Made by a program: the position numbers and the translations under genes. Below are positions 51,562 to 64,000 of a stretch of 64,000 bases of DNA, piece by piece. Positions within the stretch are counted from its first letter, which is position 1; each line of letters starts with the position of its first letter. Where the stretch lies: NCBI GenBank assembly GCA_000697335.1, contig JNEM01011617.1:1-64000 (forward strand), given 5' to 3'. Under the pieces are notes generated by a model. That model worked only from the letters and a program-made list of their open reading frames with translations. It ran no database searches and was not told the origin of the DNA. This DNA is from Conidiobolus incongruus B7586 (lineage: Eukaryota).

Positions 51562-54500
51562 AATTAATATAAATACATTCTTATTGGTTAATTTAGATAT
51601 TTTTTATTAAGAATAAAATAAAATATTTGGTAAATCAAAATAAACTTTTAATTTTCTTATAATATTTTAACAAATAAATATAATCTCCAAAATAATATAT
51701 AATCTTATTTATTTAATTTATTTAATTTTGAAAAATATCAATTTCCAAATTAGAATTGATATATATAATAAATTTTTGATAATAATATTAAAGTCAATTA
51801 ATAAAACCTACTATTATAAATCAAAACTTGAATATAACAATATTTAAAAAAATAATAATTCCTTTGATATAGATAGATAAAATAAAGAGTTTAACTTATT
51901 TGATGATTTAATCTTATTTATTATGATTTCAATTATAATATATATAAATAAAATATCTTTTCCAGTAATAATCAATATCATCAAATAATTTAAATTTATA
52001 AAATAATTAACACAGCTTATAGTATCTAGAAAAAAGTGATTAAATGTATTATTTAATAATAATATGGCAAAATTCAATAAAATACTGAATAATAAATAGA
52101 TTTTATATAATTGTAATATTTTCCAATTATAAATTATTGATTAATTCAAATTATATTAATGGTTTTAATTTCAATTAATTAATTAATAATTAAAAATAGG
52201 TTCAAAAGCGATATTTATTTATTTTAAAATATAATAAATCTAAATATTCAATTATTATTTTTCTAGTAAAATGACACTAAATAAACTGAATCAAAAAATA
52301 CAATTACACAAAAATAAAGACTATTTTATTTTTATCAAAAAAATTAATGGTTTATATTAAACCTTATAAACTAAATTCTATCAAAGTAATTATAAAGAAT
52401 GAAAAATAGGTTTTATCATTATATCCACTATTATCCTGCATATAACAACTCTTTTAATTCCAAGTTTTTTTATATATTTAAGGGTATATATATATATATA
52501 TATATAATAGAGATTAATATCAATGTTATAATATTGATAATATAAAGTCATCCATATATCAATTAAATAAAATAATTAGGTTTTTATATTCAAATAAGGA
52601 TCAAAAGATTATTTTAATAAAATAGATAATAAAATATATTCAATAAATTTTCACTTATATAAATGAAAAGTAAATATTAGCAATATAATGATACATAAGG
52701 TTAAACAATCACTCAGTAAATAAAGGAAATAATAGAATATAATGAATATAGAGTAAAGTATTATTATATTCAAATAATAACTACTGACAATATTTATGAA
52801 GTTCGAATTTAAAATTATTAAATTTGCCTTTATTAATTGATTTGATATATTAGTTTATTATTTTTGATATATTGACATAAACTAATATTTTATTAACAAA
52901 TATTTTATTTTTATATTCTATTTTAAAAATAAATTGAAAACATTACATTTGAAGTATGTTTTGGAGTTTAATACCTATATAAATGCGTATATTAACAATA
53001 ATTAAATTTATCATTGAGTATCGAAGATCTAATCCAGCTCACAGGATATTAATGAGTGTGTAAATATAGATTGTATGATTTAATATACCGAGTTATATTA
53101 TTTTTGTTTTCATACTCTCGTTTAACTATTAAATTGACTAATAATAATCCGTTTGAGAAATATTCCTTAAATGATTATTAATTTCTGATAACAGTTAAAT
53201 TATCAAGGTAAAAAAATGATATTATGATGAACATTCTTGCATTTCAAATTATTTTCAGACTATAACATAGTTTAAGTAATTTGATGTATTCGCTTTTTAT
53301 TTGAAACAAGTTTGAATTTCATTGAATCAACAGCCATTGATCAAATTCATTTTAATAAATTTATTAAATTTGGTAATGAATTTCACAAGATATTGGACTT
53401 TTCAAATTTTTCAATAATCTCAAGTTGCTTTACTTGATATTACTCATCATTCAATCTATATTATATGCAGTTATTTTTTTGGAAAAACCATATCAATAAA
53501 TTGGTACTCCCCTCGCTATCAACATCTGTTATTAAGGCGAATAAAATTGGATAATATAATTCAATAAGAATATAAAGGCATGATTTTTTCTGATATATTA
53601 ATTTCTTATTATCCATTATAATTGTTGTAAAACTCCTTGGTTTACAGTTCAATAGGCTTTGGAATGGCTAAGATTTATATTGGAATTCATATCGTTGGAA
53701 GTCATTTTTACAAACAAAAAAAGCGTAAAGATTTGATCAACAATAACACTAAAGATATGTATGAACTCAGAGAGAGGGTGAGAGTTTATTGCCACAAACA
53801 ATTTTTTATATTTTATATCCTTGGGCTGGTAACTATAATTATTAGTTATCTTTATCCAAGCATCATCTATTGATAAGAACCTTCCTAATTTTATGACTCA
53901 TATACTCAAAAATAATATTTCATAATTTTACCATATTGATCTTTTGCCTCATTTAAATTTTTATTATTTAGAATATTATATAACTAAGTAATTCTGCTAA
54001 ATATTTTTTCACAAATATCTCATTAAATATATTCATTGATTGGTTATAAAAAATTTGAACACTTTTATAAATGTAAAGTAAATATTCGACTTGATAATAT
54101 AATGCTCACAAAGAATGGAAATAATGGTAAGTGAAATGTAATTATAGCTGTAATTTAATTGAATTTTTTACGAAAAATCAAGATCAATAATTAATGTTAT
54201 AATAAAAAGATCAATTTCAAATGCTTGAAATTCTATTCATTGTTTTAAGTCTCAGTTCGCAAACTGATTGAAATTTTTAGTTTTTGTAAAAAAATTATTT
54301 CTATATATCTAATATAAATTTGCCATTATCATAATCTTAATTCCGGGAGGTATAGCACACATATATATATTTAACTGTCGGTTATATATACAACTTGCCT
54401 AAATATCTAAACCGTTAATTTATAGATTGTAAGACTATATTCAATTGCTTTTATCATATTTGAATTCATTAAGGTCAAGGCACTAATTTTGATGTTACAA

Positions 54501-55295
54501 CTTATATTAAATATTTAATAATTAGTGTTGAACACTTTGGATGGTATAAATTTGAATTTCAATTGTAAAATTTTTACCTTTTATAGAATGGAAATTTGAT
54601 TAGATATAATTCAATTGACATATAAATTAAAACTAGAATTCTTTGACTTGATTATTTCAATTATCATTATTGAAGTTTATTTAGATATATGTTTTATAGA
54701 GTTGTTAAAAATCCGAAGATCAGATAACGTGTAAAACATTATCTTCATTGTAATCATCAATATATCTCTTTATATTATCCATTTAAATACTATATTCTGA
54801 AATAAATCTCAATTTTCAAATATACTTGATGAAAATAAAGTAACTGGATCCAAGTATTGATTTTGGTTATTAGTTAATTCTAAGAAATGTTTATATATAT
54901 TACAGATTCTGCTAGTAAATTATATATTAATCTGAACAGGTTGATATATAAAACCTTAATTGATATAATATATCATTCTAATGTTTTATTCAACTTTATA
55001 TATTACAAAATTTGAAGGATAAAATTAGTTTCATCTACGGAAGATTTTACATATATTTTATCATTGTTGTTAATTGATTTTTACCCAACAAGACTTTGAA
55101 TTAAGTATTAAAGACAATCCTATTATATCAATCAGTTTATAATGAATATTCCTTTTAATTGGTTAATAAAATTTTTTATAATGTTAATAAATTTTAATTC
55201 GATCCATAAAATATTGTTTTATCAATTATGAATAAAAAGTTAAAAGTATTTAAAGGTTTATTAAGTAGTATATTTGAATATTACTTTTTTGTAGA

Positions 55296-56291
55296 TTAAA
55301 TATTTTTAACTTCATTGAAGTATAATTGGATATTTTCAGACCTTTCCGCTAACTCAACATCTTTGTTGTTCACTTTTTGTCCTATATATAATCAATTAGA
55401 AAAATGATTTGAGTATGAAAATAATTTACCCTTAAAACGAGGAATAATTTGAGATTTGCATATTTTCATCGACTTCCTTATGGTTGGATCAACAATAAAA
55501 GCCACCAATGTTAAAACACCTGTTAGACCTTTAGTAAATGCCATAAATGGGAACAAACTTTGAAAACGGTACCCAGCCAAAGCCAAAAGGAAGTAAATAG
55601 CCTCAAATGGAAGAGTAATTAGTGTCGAGAGAGGGTACAGGAATGACCTTTGAGCCATCTTTTTTCTTTCCTTCTTGAATTCAGATTGGTCTTCTTCTGG
55701 AATTCCATAATTAGCATAGGTATTAATCCATTTATTTAGACATTTATGTCCCCAAATAGTCACTATTAAACAGATTATCATAGTTGCCCAGAAAAGAATT
55801 ACAGAAAATATATCAAATATTTTAGAATATAATGGAGTATCGGAACCAGGAGAACATCCACCCTTGTTTTTACCACTATAGATTCCTAAATACTCAAAAA
55901 CAATCATAACAGGCGCAATGGCAAGGAAGATTCCAATCCAGATAATAATTTCAAATCTTAGAGATGGTTTTTTAAGTTGAACATACACTCTATATAAGTG
56001 AAAACTAATGGCGATATTAGTAAAACAATAAAATAATCTAGCAAAAACTCTGAATATAGTCAATCGGTGACAATAAGGAGTACCAACATATTGGGACGTT
56101 CCTTTAGCCAAATATTCACCTAAATGAGTGGTAAAGTCTGCAATTGCGATGGAGGTAACCAATCGGATAGTTAGTCTATTCACATGCTTCAGATCGATAC
56201 AACCAAGTACGAAAATAGTCAGAATAACGATAGCGGAACAGGTAAGTCCTATAGGATGCATTACCTTCCCAATTATAACAGTTGCTGACAT
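55296..56291 (-). CDS. 7-TM GPCR-like protein; exons 56291-55430 and 55381-55296
   Basis: ATG at 56291 (MSATVIIGKVMHPIG) and family motifs. Intron 55429-55382 (GTAAAT...ATAG); exon 2 encodes GQKVNNKDVELAERSENIQLYFNEVKNI*. Confidence 0.88.
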
Positions 56292-58984
56292 TTTCAATCT
56301 CAAATCTAAATAATATTAGATTATAATAGATGTTGGTTTAAAATCTTTGTATTTATAGATTTGACTTTACAATCTAAGTAATTTCGAATTCTCATTTAAT
56401 TTTAATATATTCATTTGATGGTAAAATTATCCAATTAAAATTAATCATTTAATTCAATTTTTATCTGTTCTAATGATGATAATATATGCTTAATTTTATT
56501 ATTTGGGAAAATCAATACATTTCTCTACCTAATAACAAATTTATAAATTTAAGTACAAATTAGTGAATCAAAAATCAACTTTAAAATATGATAAGATATT
56601 ATATCGCATATCTTGTATTACAATAAACTATATGATAATGGTTATTATCTATTTTCGCTACAAACCTAATACCGATATTTTGTTAATAATTATTGATTTT
56701 CTTGAATATTTTAATGTATCAAATTGAATTAAAAAATACATTTATTATAAGTTATAGAGCAAACATTAATATCCTTATTTTACATAAAAGAATCTTTTTA
56801 TTGGAAACAAAAATATTTTAATTAATATATAATCTATAAATGTGAACCAAATTCTATTTTAAATATTATTATTAGCACAACTATTAATTAAGTTACATAT
56901 AAGTATATATATCATTTTAAGCGCTGAATTCAATATAGATAATCTTTAAAGAAATATCTAGTCCAATATTAATAAAATATCATTTTTATTTTATATCCTT
57001 ATTTTTTTCAAGATTGAACTTGATATATTTCAATTATTGAATATTATAGTAAAATATTTTAAAACAAATAGAGTTTACTAATATCTTTACTTTGAATCCC
57101 AAAACACAGGTCCGTTTTAGTCAAAAGTTACATATGAGATATTTAATGATAAAATTAATACAAAAATTTACTATATCTTACAAAACAATTTTTTCAAAAT
57201 GAACTCTAAATATTTGTAATGATTATTATCGAATAATATTCATTGTGAAAATTTGTATTAATATTTATTCACATGGAATATATATTTAAAACACTGAAAC
57301 TATAGTTCAAATAGTCCAACAATTGTCAGAATATTATCCAATATAAAAAGACTTCTGTATTGCATAATTTTGAACAGTTCTTTTTAACATATATTCCATA
57401 AATAAATATTTATATATCTAAAATTGACGATATATTGAATATTTCAATTTTATCAAAAAAAGATAAATAATATTAATATTTAATATATATCACATATTTG
57501 ATAAAATTTTCACATGTATAAGCCCCTATTTATCAATGGAATATAATATCTAAATTCATATTATTAAAATCGTGGGTAACAATAGTATCAAGATATCATA
57601 TATGTATTTAATCAGAAAAAATATACCAATTAATTTTGAATAAAATTTATATTAATATATGGTCAAGCTTGAGTAAATTCTTTTGAATCAATGTAATAAT
57701 AAACAAAATTTAATGTTATGTTCTCCAAAAATTCAAAAATAACTTAGAATATTTTTTATTTAATGTAATTATCAAGTAAGAATTGATAAATATTCTGTTC
57801 AAATCTTTATATTCTCATCAATATAAAGACTCTTCATCCTGTATTTATATTTGGATTTAATGATAATGGAGAATTAAACGCAACAGTTACTTCAAACTGC
57901 ATAGAATTTGTTTCCATTTTCTAACAAATATAGTGTGATAAAATTCTTATACTTTGGGAATGTTATAAATGTATTGTTATATAGAGGTTAGTTCAAAATT
58001 CAAATATCAGTTTCAAAATATTTAGGAAATGATATTAGAGGAATAAGTTGATAATTTGATTTTAGATTACTTGTTAAAAGAAAAAATTTGATCTAAATAT
58101 TTTAATTTGAGAATTTTAATCAATATATATAAATGTATAAATTGAATATACTGGAATAATCCTATATTAAACATGGATGAATATTTATTTAGTTTAATTA
58201 GTGATCATTTCAAATTATTTATATTTAATCCCAATTAAATATAAATTAAATGATCAAATTAACATTATAATATAAAATATTAATCTTGTTATAAATTTAA
58301 ATTATTTACAATTCCAGAGACTTTGTTATGGCAAATATTGATATTAAAACTTGCATCATTGAAAGTCATTTTCAGCTACTAAAAATGATGATTCAAATGA
58401 ATGTCAGTTTAAATTAGTGTATAAAAAAACAAAAGGAAATTCTACCTATATTTGAACCAATTTTCGTCTTTTTTATATATTAAGCATTTTTCTGTTACCA
58501 ACTCATTTGTTATCCTTATCATAATAACATCTTTTAATGAGAACACTCATGACCTTGAAATTCACATACTCAACAAATCTTATGATAAATATAATGCTTC
58601 GTCAATATAAAAATATCAACATTAAACCATACTATTTTAATACAAATTTTACATATCTAAATATTTGAATATAATTAGAATTAATTTTAATAATGGCTGA
58701 ATTAATAAAAGTAAATATTTAAACTTTAATTGACAATAAAAAGTCTCAATATCATTTGCTTCAATTAATCACTTAAATATAATAATTGTTTTAGAAATTT
58801 CAAAAATATTATTTCTCAAAGCAAATGTCAAAAAATAATAACAGTTTATAAGTATAATTATTTTCTTTTAATAATGTATAATAGTTCAGAACTTATCAAA
58901 TTTATGTAATAAATGAACTATTATCCTCTAGACAAATTTAATATATAATTCTCAATCTAGAGAGTTATAATTATAGTTTATTAA

Positions 58985-59979
58985 CTATGAATTCAACTTT
59001 GTTTGAGAGTCAGAAATTGAATTCATTTCGAGATTGGTATCATTTTTCAAATTTTTGTTTGTTAACCCTAAATATAATGAATAAAGTTTGTAAAGAATAA
59101 TGTCGTATGTATACCTCTATACCGGTTAATTATCTGAGATTTAGCGATTCGAGCAGAACGCCAAACTGCAGGATCAATCGAAAAAGCAATGAATGTAAGC
59201 ACTCCTGTCAAACCCTTTGTGAAAGCCATGAATGGAAAGAGCTGTTGAAATCGATACCCAATAGTAGCGAGCGAAAAATAGATCGCTTCAAAAGGTAAAG
59301 TAACACAAGTAGATAATGGATACAGAAATGCTCTTTGAGCCATTTTCCTTTTGTTTTGTTTGAAATTACTTTGCTCTTCTTCGTTGACTTGACAAATGGC
59401 AAAGGAATTGATCCAAATGTTAAGGCTCTTATGGCCAGTATAGGTGACATAAACGCAAATCAATATAGTGCTCCAAAATAAAATCACAGAAATAATATCA
59501 AAAATTTTTGTATATAAAGGATTGTCGGATCCAGGAGCACATCCTTTTTTGTTTTTCTTATCAGTATAGATACCCATGGAATGAAATACTATCATAATAG
59601 GAGCGATTAAAAGCAACATTACCATCCATACAACTAATTCGAATCTCCAATTCGATTTTTTCAATTGTACTAATCCACGATACAGATGATAGCTGATAGC
59701 AATGTTAGTAGAACAATAAAATAATCTTGAAAACACCCTGAAAATTGTTAAATTTTCACAATACTGAGTTCCAACAAGATGTCAAGTTCCTTTGGCCAAA
59801 TACTCACCCATGTGTGTAGAAAAATCTGCAATAGCAATAGCTGTAATTAATCTGATGGTCATTCGATTGATATGCTTCAAGTCGATGCACCCAAGAATGA
59901 ATATTGCTAATAACACCAACAAGGAACAAGAGAAGCCAATTGGGTGCATAATTTTACCTATAACAACAGTTATCGACAT
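58985..59979 (-). pseudogene. GPCR-like gene, intact except for one in-frame TGA at 59784-59782; intron 59114-59068
   Basis: ORFs 59782-59979 and 59068-59736 are in the same frame (LAKGT*HLVGTQYCENLTIFRVFSR) and align without gaps to AKGTSQYVGTPYCHRLTIFRVFAR of the paralog. Exon 2 encodes GLTNKNLKNDTNLEMNSISDSQTKLNS*. Confidence 0.85.
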
Positions 59980-62900
59980 ATTGATGAATTAATTAAATTT
60001 AATTTTATCAAAAATAACATTTAAAATCCACTATAACTATGTTTTCTATTTATATAACCAATAATATTTCTCATGAAATAAAAACTAAATTATATAAATA
60101 ATATTAATATACAATATATTTAAAATTGAGTAAATTTTATATTTATTTTTGAATGAAATATTACAGTTGCCATATTGTATGATTTAAATTTCTATCTGGT
60201 ATGTTATTATCTGAGGGAATTAAACTAATTTTTTAATTCAAAATGACAATGTTTGGGATTTTTTTTACATATAACAGGATTTGAAATATGTTAAAATATG
60301 TATGAATTTCTAATAGGACGAGATATTAATAAGTAGTATATTTATAATATATTAAAAAAATAAAATTACCTGTTATATATTATTAAAAATGATTTCCTAT
60401 AAATTTGATGTAACAATAAAACTTTATTTTCAAATAAAAGAAGCTATAATCCAATTACAAGTATTTCAATTCCGATAACCTTATATTTTATTATATTAGT
60501 AAAATTGTTTTTAATAATTTTCTTTTGATTATTATAGAAATTTTCTAATAAAATCATTTTCTTGCTTTATTTATTTGCATGTTGTAAAAATTTCAAAATT
60601 TTTAGAATGAATTTAGACATAATATTTGGAAATCAAAAGATAATACATTAAAATATTTTTTGATATATTGACAGAATTAGTATATTATTCTTACAGAATA
60701 TTTTAAAAATGATTATTACTTATATATTTAATATAGTTTTTATAAAATTAAAATAAAGTCCAAAAATTTTGCAGTTGTTAAAAATTGATTGATAATTTTG
60801 GATTCATACTAAAACTACTCTATCAACTATGGTGCTCAAATGATTATAAATAGTTATATATTAATATTATTTCATGACTTAATCAATCAATTTTAATATC
60901 GGTTCAAATATAAATAATTTTTGTACTATTTAAGGTTTTTCGTAATTTATTTTGTGATCTAATATTTGATATAATGTTATTTTTTTTGTAATCAAGAGAT
61001 GGGTAACTAGATATAACTTTATATAAATTTGCATAGTTTGATTTTAAAATCTTTAAATATCAAAATTTGAATTCAATGATAATTGGCATATAATACTTGT
61101 ATATTTAATTACATTTTTTTATAATTTGATTTCAAAATACAAATTCATTTTACTAAATTTATTTATTTTGTATTTTAATGATCAAGATTAAAATATATAT
61201 TATATTCCATAATGCAAACATATTTAAAGGAAAGTGTATTATAAATATTATCATATATTCCTCAGAACCTACTAGTATTATTATCTAATAGAAATTCAAC
61301 ATTTGTACAAATAATGCGGATTTTGTTTTTATAAATAGTATTGGTGATATTTGATTTTTTAGTATAATCATCATTTTTATTATTAACAAAAATATTTTAT
61401 TAAGATAAATTGTATTTGAAAAAAATACTGTTCATCAAAAAAAAGAATCAATTCAATTTATTCATACAATATTTTGTATTGATGTATATTGTTGTGATTT
61501 ATGTTGTTATAAACCTTTTTCACAATTCATCAATGTATATTTTAGCCAAAAATTAGAAATAAGTGGTGGATATCAAACTCAGTTTAAAATCCGTATCATA
61601 TAAACTAATATCATTAGAAATATATATTATATGAATATTTACCAATCATATGATTTTATTACTCATTTTATTAAACCTTAAATAACTATACAAATAATCA
61701 AGAAAATTAATTGGTGTCAGTTTAAATAAATTTTGATACAAACAAAATTTGTTATTGGAAATACTTATTTGAATTGATTTTATTATTAATAACCCCAAAG
61801 TTCAAATATAACTGATTATTTCTATAATTCCAAGTTCATATTTTTAATATTAAATTCCTATAAATTAATAGTTTAAAGGCGAATTTCGCACTAAATGCAT
61901 ATATACCAACTTGCGACATAATAGTTTATCAACCTATTATAGAAAACTAAAAATTTAACTTTTTGTATTGCTTGAGTCAGCTGAATTGATTTATGAATTT
62001 ACCACATAAAAATTTTTATTTAATAAGTAATAAATCATGGCTCTTGCCCCAAATTGAAAATACATTATCTAAGTAATTATTATATTAATACTAATATTAT
62101 AAAATGAAGCATCAGTGTACTATCAATAAGTTAGCTTTATTAGTTATATAATCTATATTCAATGCTGTTATTCAATTTTTGTATTCTATTAGAATAATCA
62201 ATAGGTATCAAGTATAATTATCTGCTACAGCAAAAGATTTTTTTAAATATCAAATTTGAATTTTATAATTGAAGTTGATTTCTCACAATACAATGATAAC
62301 ATAATGTAATCTTTTTTTAATTATGCCAAAATATAACTATATATTTCACATAAATACAAATGTGTTTAATACTAATATATATATATATTATCCATCTGAT
62401 TTTATAACCTTTTATTCATAAAATGGAATGGCGTGATATATATTACTTTCAACTATTAGAATAAAATAAAATTTATGGTCTAAACTAAACAGTATCATGT
62501 ATTTGAATTTTGACAATAAGATATTAATAATTATATATCCTGCCATGGTAATTGCATATTAGATTTCATTATAAAATCAGTAAGAATAATATTTATCAAA
62601 TATATCTATTAACAAACTTTTGAACTTGTATATATTGAAATTGAGTTATTGGTGTTTGGATATTATGAATAAGGTATTTATATTTCATCTCAATCAAAAA
62701 ACAGTTGATATATTAAGTTATATTTGTATAAATCCAACTTTTAATGAGAATATAATGGCTAAGGAAAACTATATATTTATAAGTTGGAACTAAATATTTT
62801 TAACATATTTTTTTAACTTGAATTTTGAAAACGATATCACTGAACAAAATCTTAATAATATATTACTCATTTAGTTGAAATTAATATAACTACTTATCTG

Positions 62901-63459
62901 AGATAATATAATATATTTGGTTCAGTAGTGGCACTTAATAAAGCTTAAATAATTTATTAATATGCTATTTCAAATAAACTAAGGTTAAGTATTGAATTCA
63001 ATTATTAAGTGTATGATATTTAAATAGTTAAAACTGATGTTAAAATCAATTTTAAAAATATATATTGATTTTATATCAAATTATTCTACAAACTATTCAG
63101 GGCAGGTTTTTAGTTGTATACTTTATATTTATAAATATAAACTTATGTGTATAAATAAAACTATATTTAATCTTTAATTTTTTGAAGAATAAACGTTTAT
63201 TTATAATTCAAATAGAATGAATATCAAAATGATATAATGATCATAATATATACAAGAAAACTGTATTTATAATATTAACTAAATTTATTGTATTTTTGGT
63301 TATCTAATTTATCATTTCAATTTTATATATTATATTTTTTTATATTATTGAAATATAAATTGAAATTTTGAGATCATTAATGTAAGATAATATAATGATG
63401 GCTGATTAATTGGCCAAAATATTTTGTTATATAATATTAATTTAATTTTTTATTTTCAA

Positions 63460-64000
63460 TCAGTATTTTCAAGGATTAAAGATTTACATATTTTAATATA
63501 CTTCCGAATAGTTGGATCAATAACGAATGCAATCAATGTTAATACTCCTGTAAGTACTTTAGTTAATGTCATAAATGGGAATAAAGCTGGAATAGAATAT
63601 CGAGCAAGAGCCAAAAAAAGTAATTCGCTTCAAGTAGAAGGGTAATCAAAGTCTAGGGAGGACTCAGGAAGGATGTTTCAGCAACTTTTTTCTATTTTTT
63701 TGTATTCAAATCGGCACTTTACTAAATTCCATGGTTAACACAGGAATTGATGTATCAAGTAAAAACAATCTTTAAATAGTCATTATCAAATAGATTATGA
63801 TATTGTACAGAAAAGAATTGTATAAAATAAAACAAATATTCTAGATTACAATGGATTATTGGAACCAGAACCATATCCAGCTTTATTGATGGTATCATTA
63901 TAAATACCTAGATTCTCATAAGTAATCATAACAGGTGCAATGGTGAGAAAGATTCCAATCCAAATAATAATCTCAAACATTATAGATGGTTTTTTAAGTT
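63460..64000 (-). pseudogene. GPCR-like pseudogene, 3' half (5' part beyond window end); paralog of 55296-56291
   Basis: LKKPSIMFEIIIWIGIFLTIAPVMI...GSGSNNPL*SRIF and AFVIDPTIRKYIKICKS. Internal stop and frameshifts; the ECL2 Cys is replaced by Tyr. Confidence 0.85.

Noticed and set aside
24488..63645. Short ORFs antisense to or overlapping GPCR genes, and other 60-90-aa AT-rich ORFs (e.g. 37168, 40045, 46426, 47616, 51844)
   Set aside because: Shadows of GPCR genes/pseudogenes or chance ORFs, often with non-ATG starts and I/N/K/F/L-biased composition.

Overview
Very AT-rich eukaryotic DNA. The evidence is short GT-AG introns, a tRNA without encoded CCA followed by a Pol III T-run, Tc1/mariner transposons and solo LTRs. 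The overall style suggests an early-diverging fungus such as an entomophthoralean/Conidiobolus-like species, but this is inference only. The window holds two adjacent birth-and-death gene clusters. (1) 3.6-12.6 kb: three secreted, intronless genes with a bacterial-type CHAP (Cys/His peptidoglycan hydrolase) domain (two intact, one pseudogene), with interchangeable N/Q-rich N-termini and a tRNA-Arg(ACG) among them. (2) 17.6-64 kb and continuing past the right edge: nine paralogous 7-TM GPCR-like genes resembling cAMP-receptor-like/Git3-type receptors. Five are intact, one has a single in-frame TGA and three are decayed; the six intact or near-intact copies share a ~50-nt phase-1 intron near the 3' end. 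Between the genes are a Tc1 (DD34E) relic with a nested mariner (DD34D), further mariner copies and several solo-LTR-like elements, one nested in another. Repeats and the CHAP pseudogene show strong C->T/G->A hypermutation (RIP-like or methylation-driven).
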